Positions 48,601 through 60,000 of a stretch of 60,000 nucleotides of DNA are shown here, piece by piece. Both the position numbers and the translations under genes were made by a program. The notes beneath the pieces were generated by a model. That model was not told where the DNA came from. It ran no database searches and saw nothing but the letters and a program-made list of their open reading frames with translations. The stretch's first letter is position 1. Each line of letters begins with the position of its first letter. This DNA comes from Lama glama (lineage: Eukaryota). Location of the stretch: NCBI GenBank assembly GCA_028534125.1, contig CM052816.1:101620001-101680000 (forward strand), written 5' to 3'.

Positions 48601-49460
48601 TTCCGTTTTAATGTTTTTCTTTATTGTTTCTATTTAAAGATCAGTGCAGTGATTGATACCATTTACATGTACTAATATGAGCAGTTAAGCCTATGCATTT
48701 CCCTCCAAACACTGTTTAGTTTTAGTATGGTATGTCTTTATTTTCACTCAGTTCAAATAATTTCCAATTTTCCTGAGACATCCTCCCCGACATGTGGATG
48801 GTCTAGAAGTGTTTGTTTAATTTCCACGTATTTGGGGAATCTTCCAGGTATTATTTTGTTATTGATTTCCAGTTTAATTCTACTGTGGGTTTTTTTAAAT
48901 TTTAAGTTTAGTCAGGCATGTTCTTGTCTATCTTGGTGAGTGTTCCATTGGTGCTTAAAAAGAATGTGTATTTTGATGTCGCTTGGTGTAGCATTCTACA
49001 AATGTCAGTTAGATCCAGTCTGACAGTTTCTGTCTTCATTGCGTTCTTAGATCATCTGCATTTATTTTAACTATTGAAACATTTGAATCTAGAGCCATCA
49101 TTTTATTCCATGTTCTTTGTCACCTCTGTTTTTCCTCTTCTCCCCCTTCCCTGCCTTCTTTTGGATTATTGGAATATTTTCTAGTACTTCGTTTAGGTTT
49201 ACCTGTTGTTTTTTTTTTTTCCAGTTTGTAAACTAAGTCCATTGACAGAATTTCTTCAGTGGTCGCTCTAGGGACTACGATACACATACTAACTTCCTTC
49301 TGATGGTCAATCTTCTAGAATTAATATTTTACCACTTTGAGCAGGATGGAGAGAGTCTGTCACCACACAGCTCCCTCCCACTTCCCCTTTCCTGTTCTGG
49401 CCTCACACGTATCACAGCCATACGCGCTGAAATCCCACCGCACAGCGTCAGAATTCCTGC
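45700..49460 (-). mobile_element. Old L1M element (3' end through ORF2)
   Basis: ttggaattgcattaaacctatagatcaacttcgggagaactgac; tttttgcatctaggtttatgagg; gtgcttaaaaagaatgtgtatttt. Confidence 0.88.
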
Positions 49461-50239
49461 TTCCAACCGCCATCCTTAGTCTACAGGCACAAGCTGTCTA
49501 CAGTTTAGAATATAATGATGTAGGGAGTCATAAAGAAAGGAATGGGAAAAGGTACCCCCGACAAACATCAAGTAAATAAAACCGTCCCACAGCCCTGTCA
49601 ATGCCGGACAGACAGAAAAGCCGGAGTGCGGAGGAGGGACCACGCACTGAGCTTACCCCGCCCTCCCGCCCTCCCTCCTTCCTGCCTGCAGCACGCGTTC
49701 CGGGGACATGGCCTCTGCCTGAAGGGCTCCATGGCATCCCCGTTAAAGCAGGCACAAGCTGGCCACAAGCTCTCAGTGCTTCTTCACTGGCAAATGTCTC
49801 CATTTCCTTCATTTCTGAAGAGTGATTTTGTGGGACAGACAACTCGGCTCAATGGCCGTTTGGGCCTGGTATTTCCAGCATGTCCTTCCACATCTCTGGT
49901 CTCCATGCTGTCTGATGCGAAACCCCCAGTCTTCTGAGTCGATGCACCCCTGTGGGGACCGTGTCACTTCTCTCTGACTGCTTCCTGACATGAAAGTGAC
50001 TAATTCACAGAAACACTCCCTTCTCAGCAAACACTGTATGGAGCCCCTGCCACCGGCTTCTTGCTGGGCATGGTGGGAAGCAGACCCTTGGTCTAGAGGT
50101 CCAGCAGACGCGTGACAGAGGGTGGAAGTTGCCCTCTCTGATCAGCGTGAGCCATCAGTTTGTCCTCTGGAACTTTGGGAGAGGCCACACCAGGTGCAGG
50201 TGCAAGAGAACCGTCACAGTTTCAGCAGAAGACAACACA

Positions 50240-50555
50240 CACTGCCGTGGGCCGAAGTGTGTCCCCCAAAGACGTGTCCAGATGCTGAGCCCAGGCCCAC
50301 GAAGGTGACCTTATTGGGAAGTAGGGCCCTTGCAGGTACAACTCAGTCAAGAAGAAGTCCTACTGAATCAGGTGGCCCTAAGCCAGTGACCGGTGTCCTG
50401 GAAGGAAGAGGGAAGCTTGGACCAGACATGCACAGAGGAACACAAGCAAGAGAAGGCAGAGGCAGCGGTCAGGGTGATGCTGCCACAGGTCCAAGGGCTC
50501 CGGCACCACAGAACCCGCAAGAGGCAGGAGGACCCTCCCTTAGAGGGATGTGGTT
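50240..50555 (+). mobile_element. MLT1 (ERVL-MaLR) LTR
   Basis: tgccgtgggccgaagtgtgtcccccaaa...gtgaccttattgggaagtagggcccttgcag...ggcagaggcagcggtcagggtgatgctgccac. Confidence 0.8.
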
Positions 50556-53244
50556 CCAAGCTGGCTGGTGAGGACAGTGTTCTCTCACCGAATGTCTTCG
50601 CGGATCTCTGGTCTGGAGAGGAGCTGGTGCCTCTTGCCGGCCATGAGTGTGGACTTGGAGGCAGACCCTCCAGCCTCAGGTGAGCCCCAGCTGAGAGCCC
50701 TCGAGGCCGACCAGCCAGCTAAACCCCTGCATCTTCACCCAGGAGCCAGTTCACAGGGCTCGTTGTTTACAGCTGCTACTTTTTAGGGTGAAACACAGAA
50801 CTGACACTCCTCCACAGATGGCTTGGGTGGACCATGGAGCACGGGGGATTGAACTCTGGACAGCGCCATTTCCCTCTCTCATTATGAGTTGTCTTCCTTC
50901 AGAGGAAAAACAGCATGTTTCCAGCGCATTACTGATGACCTGCAAAGCGGTGGCATGGCTTCAAAACAGGGCCTGTATCCTGGTGTCCCGAGGAGTAGTT
51001 GAGAAGTGTGGGCCCGCCCTCTGCTTCTGGGCACTCTTCCGGAAGGCTTAGGCCTGCCGTGCCAAATTACCCCCTCTTCCTGCTGGCAGGAATCTTCTGA
51101 GCCGTGACCGGTGAGGTGGCCCCTCGTGAGGGGACTTGTGGGTGCCAGGTGGTGCCCAGAACAGCGCAGGCCTCTGCATGCCGCATTCCTCCCTGGTGTC
51201 AGGTGTCCAGAGATGAGCCCCCACACCTGCCCTGCAAACGGCTGGGACGTTCATGGATGGGGGTGGGAGTGATGTCTCACTCATTTTTGTTCAGGGTTAT
51301 AGACTGAAAACATCACCATTATTTAAGAATCTAATACCCACAAACATTTCACAGCATTTCTAATGTAAATGGGTCACAGAACAGTGGTGATGTTTTCCAC
51401 TCTGTCTACAAAAACGGCAGGGACGGCGTCAAGGAAACTTCAAATCAACAGGGCAGCCGGGGTGGGTTCCGAGGTCAGTGAGGTCCAGGAGCTGCACACA
51501 GGGCTCCTTCCCGGCCACCCGGGGCACGTCCGACAAGCCCTGCAGCAAAGAAACGACAGCCCTGCTCCAGGCGAGCCTCGCCGACATGGGGTCCTTGCTC
51601 GAAACGCCCAAGGGCGTTGGTCCCGGGGGAAAACGAGATAGGTGGCTGCACAGGCTGGTTGCTGTAGAAACGAGTCTGTGTCTGTTTTCCTCGACGTCTG
51701 GTTAATCTGGTGAAGTCTTGTCCTGGGTGGGAAGAAATAAAGACAGAGGAAGATGGAAAGGCCCCGACGGGATGAAGAGAGCCTGCTCTGAGCAGACGGC
51801 GACGGGGTGTCTTAACTCCGTCCTCTTCCTTCAGCTTTTCCTCTTGGAACCTCAGCTTATCCCAGGAGGGTTTCAATGCCCAGTTACTGTCCAGGGAGAG
51901 TTGCAGGGTCCGAGGCTTTGGGGCTGGGGGTGGGTGAGGCGGTCAGAGCAGGTGGCACCAGCAGGGAGGACCCGGTGGCCCCGCGTCGCTGGCAGAGCCG
52001 GGCTGCTGCCTCTCGGGGCTGTGTCGTGTGGCCTCTGTACTGGCAGAGCCCCGTGGGAGGCCCTGGGCAAACGCGCACACAGCACTGGAAGCCGTGCCCC
52101 ACGTGACGCCAGCGGTGGCTGTTAAGGGTGTTTTGTCACGCTTTGCTCCAATTGCGTCTTCTTTCCAAAAGTGACAGTTAAGCACACAAGCTGAAATCGG
52201 GGTCACGCAGAAGTGAGCGAGCCCCATGCCAGGCAGCGAGGGGCTTTCTCCTCAGCTGCCTCTGGTCAGTGCCCGTGAGGTGGTATGCAAGGAGTCACTC
52301 CCTGCTCACCTGTTCCCTGCACTGTCCTGGCAGGTGGCTATCACAGGGCACAGCACCAATCACCTGAGGTCGCCCCCAGGAAGCAAGCGGAGGGACAAAA
52401 GGAAAGGCGTCAGAGCAAGTCTGTCCCGGACGGAGCAGAACCGCAGGCAGGACGAGAGCATGTGTGCACTCACGTGTGTGCGTGCCTGTGCAAGTGTGCT
52501 AGGCGGGCCCAAGATGGCGGAGAAGGAGCCTGAGCTCACCTCCTCCCACGGGCACACCAGAGTTACGGCCTCTGACAGAGCAACTGTTGATGAGGAAGAT
52601 GAGAATCTAGCAGAAAAGACCTTCTACCGCCAGAGAGATGAAGACGGAGCCACAGCGAGACGTCTGGGAGGGGCAGAGTGCGGGAAGGTCAGGCCCACAC
52701 CCCAGGCAGGCGACCCGCACACGGGAGGGTAATTACGACTGCAGAGGTTCTGCCAAAGGGGTGAGGGGTCTGAGCCCCATGTGAGGCTCCCCAGCCAGGG
52801 GCCCTATGCCAGGAAGATGAACCCTCAGAATTTTCTGGGGACCCAGAGGGCTCAGGGAGATAGACTCCACTCTTAATGGGCTCATGCAAAATCTCACACG
52901 CTTCAGGGCCCAGGGCAGAAGCCTGGGTCAGACCCACCTGCCGGTCTTGGAGTGCCTCCCAGAGACACAGAGGCCACGGGGACTCCCCCTGGGGACACAG
53001 ACGCTGGAGGCAGCCATTTCTGGGAGGTCGTTCTGCCAAGTGGATGCTGGAGCTGACAAGTGTCGTTCCAGAGCCCTCCCTCAGGACCCAGCCCCATCCC
53101 TGCCCACCAGCCTGTTGGCACCTGCACTGGGACGCTGCAGGCCAAGCAAATAACTTGGTGGGGGCACAGCCCCACCAACCAGCAGACAGACTGCCTTGAG
53201 CCTCAGGGCCCACGGCCACTTCTGGACGCAGCCTTGCAGACAGA

Positions 53245-53990
53245 GGGCCCAGGACCCAGCCCCACACACTAGTGTGCAGGCACCAGGCCTGGGACCCTCA
53301 GGGCCCACCAGCCAGAGACCCCTGGGCCCAGCTCCACCCACCAGTGGGCTGACCCCAGCCCCAGGACAACTGCAGTCCTGCAACCCATGATGTCAGGACA
53401 CAGCCCCACACACCAGCAGGCCAGCAGCAGCACTAGGACCAGCTGGTGGAACCCAGCCCCAAAGCCAGCAGGCCAGCACCAGCTTCGGGAGCCCTGGGCC
53501 CTGCAGCCAGAGGCTCTGAGACCCAACCTGCCCACCAGTGGACTCTTGCTAGCCCCAAGACCAGCCTCATCCACCAGTGGTCAGGCACCAGCCCTGGGAC
53601 CCCCTGAACCCCAGCCCTACCACCAGTGGGCCAACACACCAACCCCAGGACTTCCAGGGCCCAGCAGCCAGAGAGCCCAGGGCCACGCTGCCCACCAGCA
53701 GGCCAACACCAGCTCTGAGGCCCCTTGGGCCCCTCGGACAGCCACTCTGGGATCCAGCCCCACCCATCAGGGCCAGGGCCAGGGCCAGCTTTGGGACACC
53801 CTGGACCCTGCAGCCATCCATGTCAGGAACTGAACTCACCCACCAGCAGGCCGACACCAGGTCTAAAATCCCCAGGTTCCCAAACATCCACCCCAGCCTC
53901 CGGCTCTGCCCACCAGCGGGCAGCGCTAGCTCCAGGGGACCCCTTGGGGCCACTTGGTCAGCTGCCCCATGACCTGGCCTGGCCAGCAGC
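53245..53990 (+). repeat. Degenerate tandem array (~45-70 bp units) in L1 5'UTR
   Basis: Recurring core CCACCAG(C/T)(A/G)GGCC..CACCAG...GGACCCC..GGGCCC, roughly a dozen copies. Confidence 0.75.
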
Positions 53991-55305
53991 CTCTGCACAA
54001 GTCAGGGCCTGGCAGCAAACTGGACGAGGGGCCAACTAAGCCTACAGGACTACCCATAGCGGTCAGCCCGCCGCAGCAGAAGGACCTGCGCAGCCCACTT
54101 AGGGGCAGCCCGGGGGCATGCAGCTTTGGTGACCAGAGGGGGCTCTGCAGCTGGGGAGCACAGGACATCTCCTACCACAGGCCACTTCTCCAAGGTCAGA
54201 AAATGTAAGCAACCTACCGAATACATGGAAATAAAAACAGCGAATTAGGCAAAATGAGGGGATAGAGTAACATGTTCCAAATGAAGGAATAAGATAAAAC
54301 CCCAGAAGAAGAACTACGGGAAGTGGGGCTAGGCAGGCCACCTGGGAAGGAGCCCAAGGCAGTGATCGTGAAGAGGATCGAAGAACTCGGGAGAAGCACG
54401 GATGCCGAGTGAGAAGCTGGAAGTTTTAACAAAGATTTAGGAAGTATGAAGTACAGCCTCACAGGCATAGAATATAACACTGAAGTGAAAAGGGCCCTGT
54501 GCGGGGTCGGCAGTGGACCAGACGATTCGCAAGAACGGGCCAGTGAGCTGGAAGACGGAGTAGTGGAAGTCACTGCCACTGAACAGAAAGAAGGAAAGAG
54601 TGAAGAGAAACGAGGACGGTTTAAGAGACCTCTGGGACAACAGCGAGTGTGCTAACATTCACGTTATAGGGGTCCCAGAGGGGGAAGGGAGAGAGAAAGT
54701 GCCTGAGAACATAACGGAAGACAGAAGGTGTCCCCAGCCCAGGGATGGAAACAGACACCCCAGTCCAGGAAGCAAAGGGAGCCCCACACAGGATTAACCC
54801 AAACAGAAGCACACCGACACACACAGTACTTAAAGTGGCAAAAATCAGAGACAAAAAGAGAGTGTTAAAAGCAGCAAGGGGAAAGCAGCCGGTTACACAC
54901 AAGAGGACCCAGGAGGCCGTCAGCTGGCTTTCCAGCAGGGACTCTGCAGGGCAGAAGGAAGCGGCACGGCGGACTCACAGCGATGAGGGGGACAGACCCA
55001 CGGCTAGGAGCACTCGCCTGACGAGGCTTTCATTCAGGTTTGGTGCAGAGAGTGAAAGTTTGGCAGAAAGACAAAGGCTGAAAGAGTTCAGCACCACCAA
55101 ACCAGCTTTACAAAAATTGCTGCAAGGACTTCCCTAAGAGAGAAAGACATGGCACAGCTACTAAGTCTCATCAGCAAGGCAAACACACAGTGGAGGCGGC
55201 GCACAGTGATGAGCGCAGCCAGGAGGAAGGGTGAAAACGGCAGCAGTGAGACCGTCCAGATCCGCAGCAAGCAGGTAAGGACACGCGGCACAATCAGTAA
55301 CTGGG

Positions 55306-55329
55306 GTGTGTGTGTGTGTGTGTGTGTGT
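55306..55329. repeat. (GT)n microsatellite
   Basis: Uninterrupted gtgtgt run in the L1 inter-ORF region. Confidence 0.9.
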
Positions 55330-56702
55330 AAAAACGTGGGGTTGTGAAAACGCATTTGAACTTACAAGGTCAGTAACCTAAAATACTCCATACATACAGG
55401 TTGTTATATTGACACCTCATGGTGACCACAAATGAAAAACCTATAATAGATAAGCAAAATAGAGAGAGGAATCCCAACCTAACACTAAAACTAGTCGTCA
55501 AATCACGAGGGAAGAGAACAAAAGAAGAAGAAAGGGAAAAAAGACCTACAAAAATAGCCCTCAAAATGATTAACAAAATGGCGACAGCTGCATACTTGTC
55601 AATGATTCCTTTAAATGTAAATGGACTAAATAATCCAATCAAAAGAAACAGAGTGGCCAAAAGGATACGATACGAAAATGAGACCTGCATATATGCTGCC
55701 CACAAGAGACTCCGCTCAGATCTAGGGACACATACAGATTGAAAGCGAGGAGATGAAAAAAGGTAGGTACCCCAAGAAAACGGAAATAAAAAGAAAGCCA
55801 GAGTGCCAATACTTACCTCAGACAAAACGGACTTTAGAACGTCAACACCCGACCTGCGTCAGTGGACAGGTCGCCCGAACAGAGTGTCAGTCAGGGAACG
55901 TGGGCGTTCAGTGGCACAACTGACCAGATGCACTCGCTGGCATGTACAGAGCGTTCCACCCGCAAGCAGCAGGCGACACGTCCGTTTCAGAGGCACGTAG
56001 AACGTTCTCCAGGGTAGCTCACACACGGGGCTGCGAAGCAAATCTCAGGAAATTTAAGAAAACAGAAAATATCCGTAAAATAGAAAATGCCTCGGTACCG
56101 GGTGTTTTATCCCCATGCCACCACTGCGCTAAGAGCCTGCCCGCAGCACTTTGCTCTCAACCGCTCAGCCACTTCTTGGAGCAAACGCATGTCCCCGGGG
56201 CCACATGCAGTCACCCTGCTTTTTCGTGACCAGAAGCCCTTGACTCTGTAACCTGGCACCCTCGACAGATGCAGAACGCCCTGCGTCTGGGCACGCACAT
56301 GGGGTTTGGACGCATGCACCATCTCAGTGACTAAGCAGGCGCAGAAAAGACTGTCTTTGTTACCTTTTTATCTTCACATCCTGGAAAACAGTGTGGTATC
56401 TGTGGCAGACTCTCTATTTGATGGTATGTCTTAAGGATATTTGAGTTATTGCTTCTGCTAAAAAACTAATAATTTTTCACAGTGTACAGAAACAACTCTT
56501 GCCATTAGGAGGCGTCAGAAGGCAGCGGCAAAGACCTAACACCGAGGTTGGCACTGGCTGCACCCACAACCTGACCTTGGGCCAGTCACCTGAGCATACA
56601 GTGTTCATGCAACATTCACCCCCACTCTCCACAGACCTGGGGCTGAGTGAGGTCAGTGCTGGTTGGTTAGCTGTGAGATCACACTTCCTCTTCTTTCACA
56701 AG

Positions 56703-57105
56703 ACGGGCAACCTTGGAAGTCCTGCAGATTTGATTCCAGACCAGTGCCACCAAGCGAGCATCACAATGAAGAGTCTGAAGTTTCTGGAATTCGGTGCATG
56801 TGAAAGCTAGGGTAACTCCACACTGTAGTCTGCTAAGTGTGTGATAGTGCTCTGTCTTTAAAAATGTACGTGCCTTAATCAAAGGTACTATATCACTAAA
56901 ATATTGCTATCCACCTTCTGAGCCTTCCGTGAGTCATAATCTTTTCGCTGGTAGAGGGTTTGAAATATTGTGAGAATTAACAAAATGTGACACAGAGACA
57001 GGAAGTGAGCAAATGCTGTTGGAAAGGTGACACCGAGAGACTTGCTCAACACAGGGTTGCCACAGACCTTCAGTCCGTGAAGTGCAGTAAAGCGAGCTCT
57101 GCCTG
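56703..57105 (+). mobile_element. Tigger1-derived non-autonomous DNA transposon
   Basis: cactgtagtctgctaagtgtgtgatag; gagtcataatcttttcgctggtagaggg; gaaatattgtgagaattaacaaaatgtgacacagagac; cagggttgccacagacctt. Confidence 0.82.
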
Positions 57106-57724
57106 TGTTGGCCACGAGCTACCTGTCGCGTGGGCCGGTGGGGCTCTCCACCTGGTGAGAGGACGGGATGCGGGGCAGGGCACAGGGAGGCCCTGGGCTG
57201 GCCCGAGTGCTGCAAGAGGGAGCAGGCAGCAGCCAGGCCCCTGGGGCAGAAAGGGCGCCCAGGGTGGAAATCAGGAGGACATGGGGCAGAGCACCTTGGG
57301 CTGCATGTCCTGGAGAGCAGTGGCTCTAACGATGCAGTGAGGCATCTCCCGGGGTCCTGAGCCACCGGTCTACACTGATGCCCTGCCTGGCAACTGCTCT
57401 GGCCCCAGAAGGCTCAGGGTTGCTCGTAAGCCCTGCTCCACCGCCACAGGACAGTCTGTGTGTCACTTCCCTGTGCGTCCATCCAGAATTTATTTATGCA
57501 AATGTAAACAAACGCTCGCGCACATTTCTATCCCACCCCCCACCTCACACTAAAGGCCGCGCGTAACACGCGTTTCTTCTGCCGCCGGCACACAGCGAGC
57601 TGCGGTTGGTCCACACTGTTCCGGGGCATGCGGGTGCGCCAGTCCCAGTGGGTGCCTCTCTGCCAGGTAATGACAGAGCGCCTGCCTTCACCCCCGAGTG
57701 CGGACCCAGTGTGGGGTCCTGCCT

Positions 57725-57825
57725 CACTGAGATTGAGGGGTGCAGCCCTGCCTAGGGGGTCACACGAGGAGGTGGCAGGGCCAGGATTCAAGCCCAGACC
57801 TGTTTATCCCCAGAGCCCACCCTTT
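57725..57825 (+). mobile_element. MIR SINE fragment
   Basis: ggtcacacgaggaggtggcagggccaggattcaagcccagacctgtttatccccagagccc. Confidence 0.6.
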
Positions 57826-58329
57826 CGCTTGTCTCTCGTCCCCTCCCTCATCCGTCCACCACCTACCCACCCGTACATGGTTAATGCAGCCATGCCCTGG
57901 ACCAACTCTGATGCTGTGACTCCGGGGCAGCCGGCACGACCTCTCCGACACGTAAGACGGCCATGCCCTGTTGAAACTGAGCTAGCGCCCACCGCCTGCC
58001 AGCCAGGCATCCCTCTTTCCCAGCGGGAGCCCCGCCCGCCTCGCCCCTCCTGGCTGTTCAGAGGCTCTTCTGTACCCCCCTCACACTGGAGCAGTCTCAC
58101 CCATTGCTGGACATGTGCAGCCTCCCTGTTCTGACTTCCAAACTTGGGTTTTCCTCTGGGGCTGCCTCTCCTGCTCTCCAATCCACGTTTCCAAGGACAC
58201 CAGGGTTAGGGCCCAACTCAAGGTGGTTGAGTGCCAGTCTGAATCAAGACTTGCTGACTCTTAGGAAAAAGGCAGTGTTTATACTAGGACTGTGGAACTG
58301 GGATCAGTCTGCTTTCTCTTGGGAGACCC

Positions 58330-58520
58330 CACCTGAGAACAACGGCTACAGAGAGGAAATCGGCCCAGAGATGGACTGGGGCAGACTCGTGAACTTATCA
58401 CTTAAGCGCCTGGACGCAGCCGTGCCTGAAGGAGCTGGGGCTGCCCCCCAGCTGGGGCAGGAAGTCATCGTGGCTTCTCTAGAGAGTCTGCCAGCTTGCT
58501 TTCCGCACAACCTGAAAACA
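58330..58520 (+). mobile_element. Possible old MLT1 (J/K-like) LTR remnant
   Basis: gcgcctggacgcagccgtgcctgaag motif. Confidence 0.35.
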
Positions 58521-60000
58521 GCAGGCTTCCATCCTACGTTTCCATCTGTGACTTCAACAACAAAAAGTCAAAATGAGTTCTGTCCACGCCTTGAAAAATT
58601 ACCTTAAAAACCAGCCGGTCATCCCAACAGGAAGCTCATATCACTAACTCACACAGTGACTTCGGGGTGTAAATCTGCTAAAAAATCGCAATTATAAAAT
58701 GGTCATGTTTGGCTTCCTCAGACCCAACCCTCCACCCAGCTCCTGGAGGTGTGACACCTTCCACACCTGCGCAGGTGGCTGGGGCACAAGACGGCTGGCT
58801 GCCCCAGCAGGAGCACGGAGGGTGAGGCCCCCTGGAGTTTACTATCCGCAAGGCATTGCTTTGTTTAGGTTCTCCCTGCATTTAATTCTGTAGCAAATGA
58901 GAGCGTAATACTCGTGTGAAGGCTCAGGACTTGGAAATATTAAGTATTAGCAGAAGTTGAAGGATTAAGAGCAGAGAAGGGAATGCCTTATGCTTGATGT
59001 CACATGACCGCCCTCATGGGGCAGAAAGGTGTAAATAAATCCTTAAAACACACAGAGAGTGGATGAAATTCAAAACGAGGCAGAGCTTATCAGAGGAGGA
59101 ACCTGCCCACCGAGGTAAGGGTTACGGCAGAAGGCTGTGGTGTTTGCTCACGCACTCGGCTGGCTCTGCATTGCTCTCACGCAGACAAAGCCCCGCCGGC
59201 CCCTTCATGGTCCTGAACTTTGTCCAAGGGCCTCATCCCGCAGAGGGAGGCAGCGTGCAGACAGGGGGCTCTCGGTGCTGAGGTGGGTCCACCCGCCGTC
59301 CAGCGACGGGCAGGGCAGGGCTCAGCCACACTGAGGAGCCTGAGGCAGGACCAGCTCAGAGGCCGTCTATCAGACGTCCTCGTCACAGCCAGCCTCGTGA
59401 TGTTCCCGAGCTCTCGGAGGCTGGGGCCAAACCCGCGTCATCAGCCAAGGCTGCGAGGGCGCTGGGCCACAGCCAGCACAGAGCCCAGCCCTCGGCCCTG
59501 GCACTGGAGCCCTGCCATCTCAGACACTGCCCCAGACACCACTCGACCCCAGTGCTTTAGGGCGAAGGCTCAGGCCAGGATCACTCAGTCTTCCTTGGCC
59601 CTGAGAATTCGCAGAGAGCGCCCAAGCAGTTGTCTGCAAATAATATTTCAAGCCTCTCTGAGTCCTTTGAGGAACAATTTGGCAACGAGGAAATAACAAT
59701 ATGACAGTGGACAACGCGAGCACGGGAGGCAGAGCCCGAGTCCCCACACAGCCTCTGTGCGGCTGTGTGGCTCCAGACGGTCAAGCAGCCTCTCTGCTTC
59801 CGTTTCCCTCCGTAAGCGTGAGGACAGCAGCAGCTCCCGGGGCCCCGGGCTGGGCTTTGTGGGGGGAACAGAGCCTGCCCCGGGCGGCCCCGGAGGACTG
59901 CTCCTAAGTCAGGGTCTCTGCCCGCTCGGTACCCTGCCCCCGGGGCTGAGATCACAGCTGAGGCGTCCTTGGGAGCGCGCATAGAGCTGACCGCGTGTCA

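Larger units (their letters stand above)
52505..56075 (+). mobile_element. L1 5' portion: 5'UTR with YY1 motif and tandem array, degraded ORF1 (~54250-55135) and ORF2 endonuclease start (~55578)
   Basis: AAGATGGCGG at 52511-52520; ORF1-like LRDLWDN..NIHVIGVPEGE, RVLKAARGKQ, FSTTKPALQKLL; ORF2-like YLSMIPLNVNGLNNPIKRNRV. Confidence 0.88.

Noticed and set aside
48620..48685. Short AATAAA-containing insert (- strand) within an L1 as a retrocopy tip
   Set aside because: Too short and without a clear TSD to separate from local L1 divergence
51475..51876. - strand ORF with a charged stretch (WDKLRFQEEKLKEEDG)
   Set aside because: No recognisable family, non-ATG start and no convincing splice context; a BLASTX search would be needed to reconsider
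53245..53990. CRISPR-like repeat array
   Set aside because: Mammalian DNA, degenerate units without identical repeats or unique spacers, and embedded in an L1 5'UTR

Overview
This is GC-rich mammalian genomic DNA, very probably from a camelid (alpaca, llama or camel), because it carries two tRNA-derived vic-1-type SINEs. It matches the TPPP-CEP72 block (human 5p15.33). The + strand holds the last two coding exons of TPPP/p25 (3849-4002, 4123-4317) and a long 3'UTR. The - strand holds the complete 12-exon CEP72 gene (ATG 40049 to stop 11941; 1884 nt CDS, 627 aa; all introns GT-AG and in phase), with a CpG-island promoter at about 39.9-40.4 kb. The rest is intronic or intergenic and rich in L1 fragments, MLT1 LTRs, Tigger1/MER58 fossils and MIR. 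Most ORFs in the supplied track are GC-content artefacts. I found no convincing new protein-coding system. The best leads are a near-fully complementary miR-206/miR-1 site in the TPPP 3'UTR, a perfect 5' splice site 2 nt inside a TPPP exon, a stop-free in-frame TPPP intron, patchy AT->GC rewriting of L1 fossils and of the CEP72 LRR exon, a CHR element next to the CEP72 ATG, and a candidate divergent lncRNA. Repeat subfamily names, miRNA sequences and human comparisons are from memory and need confirmation.
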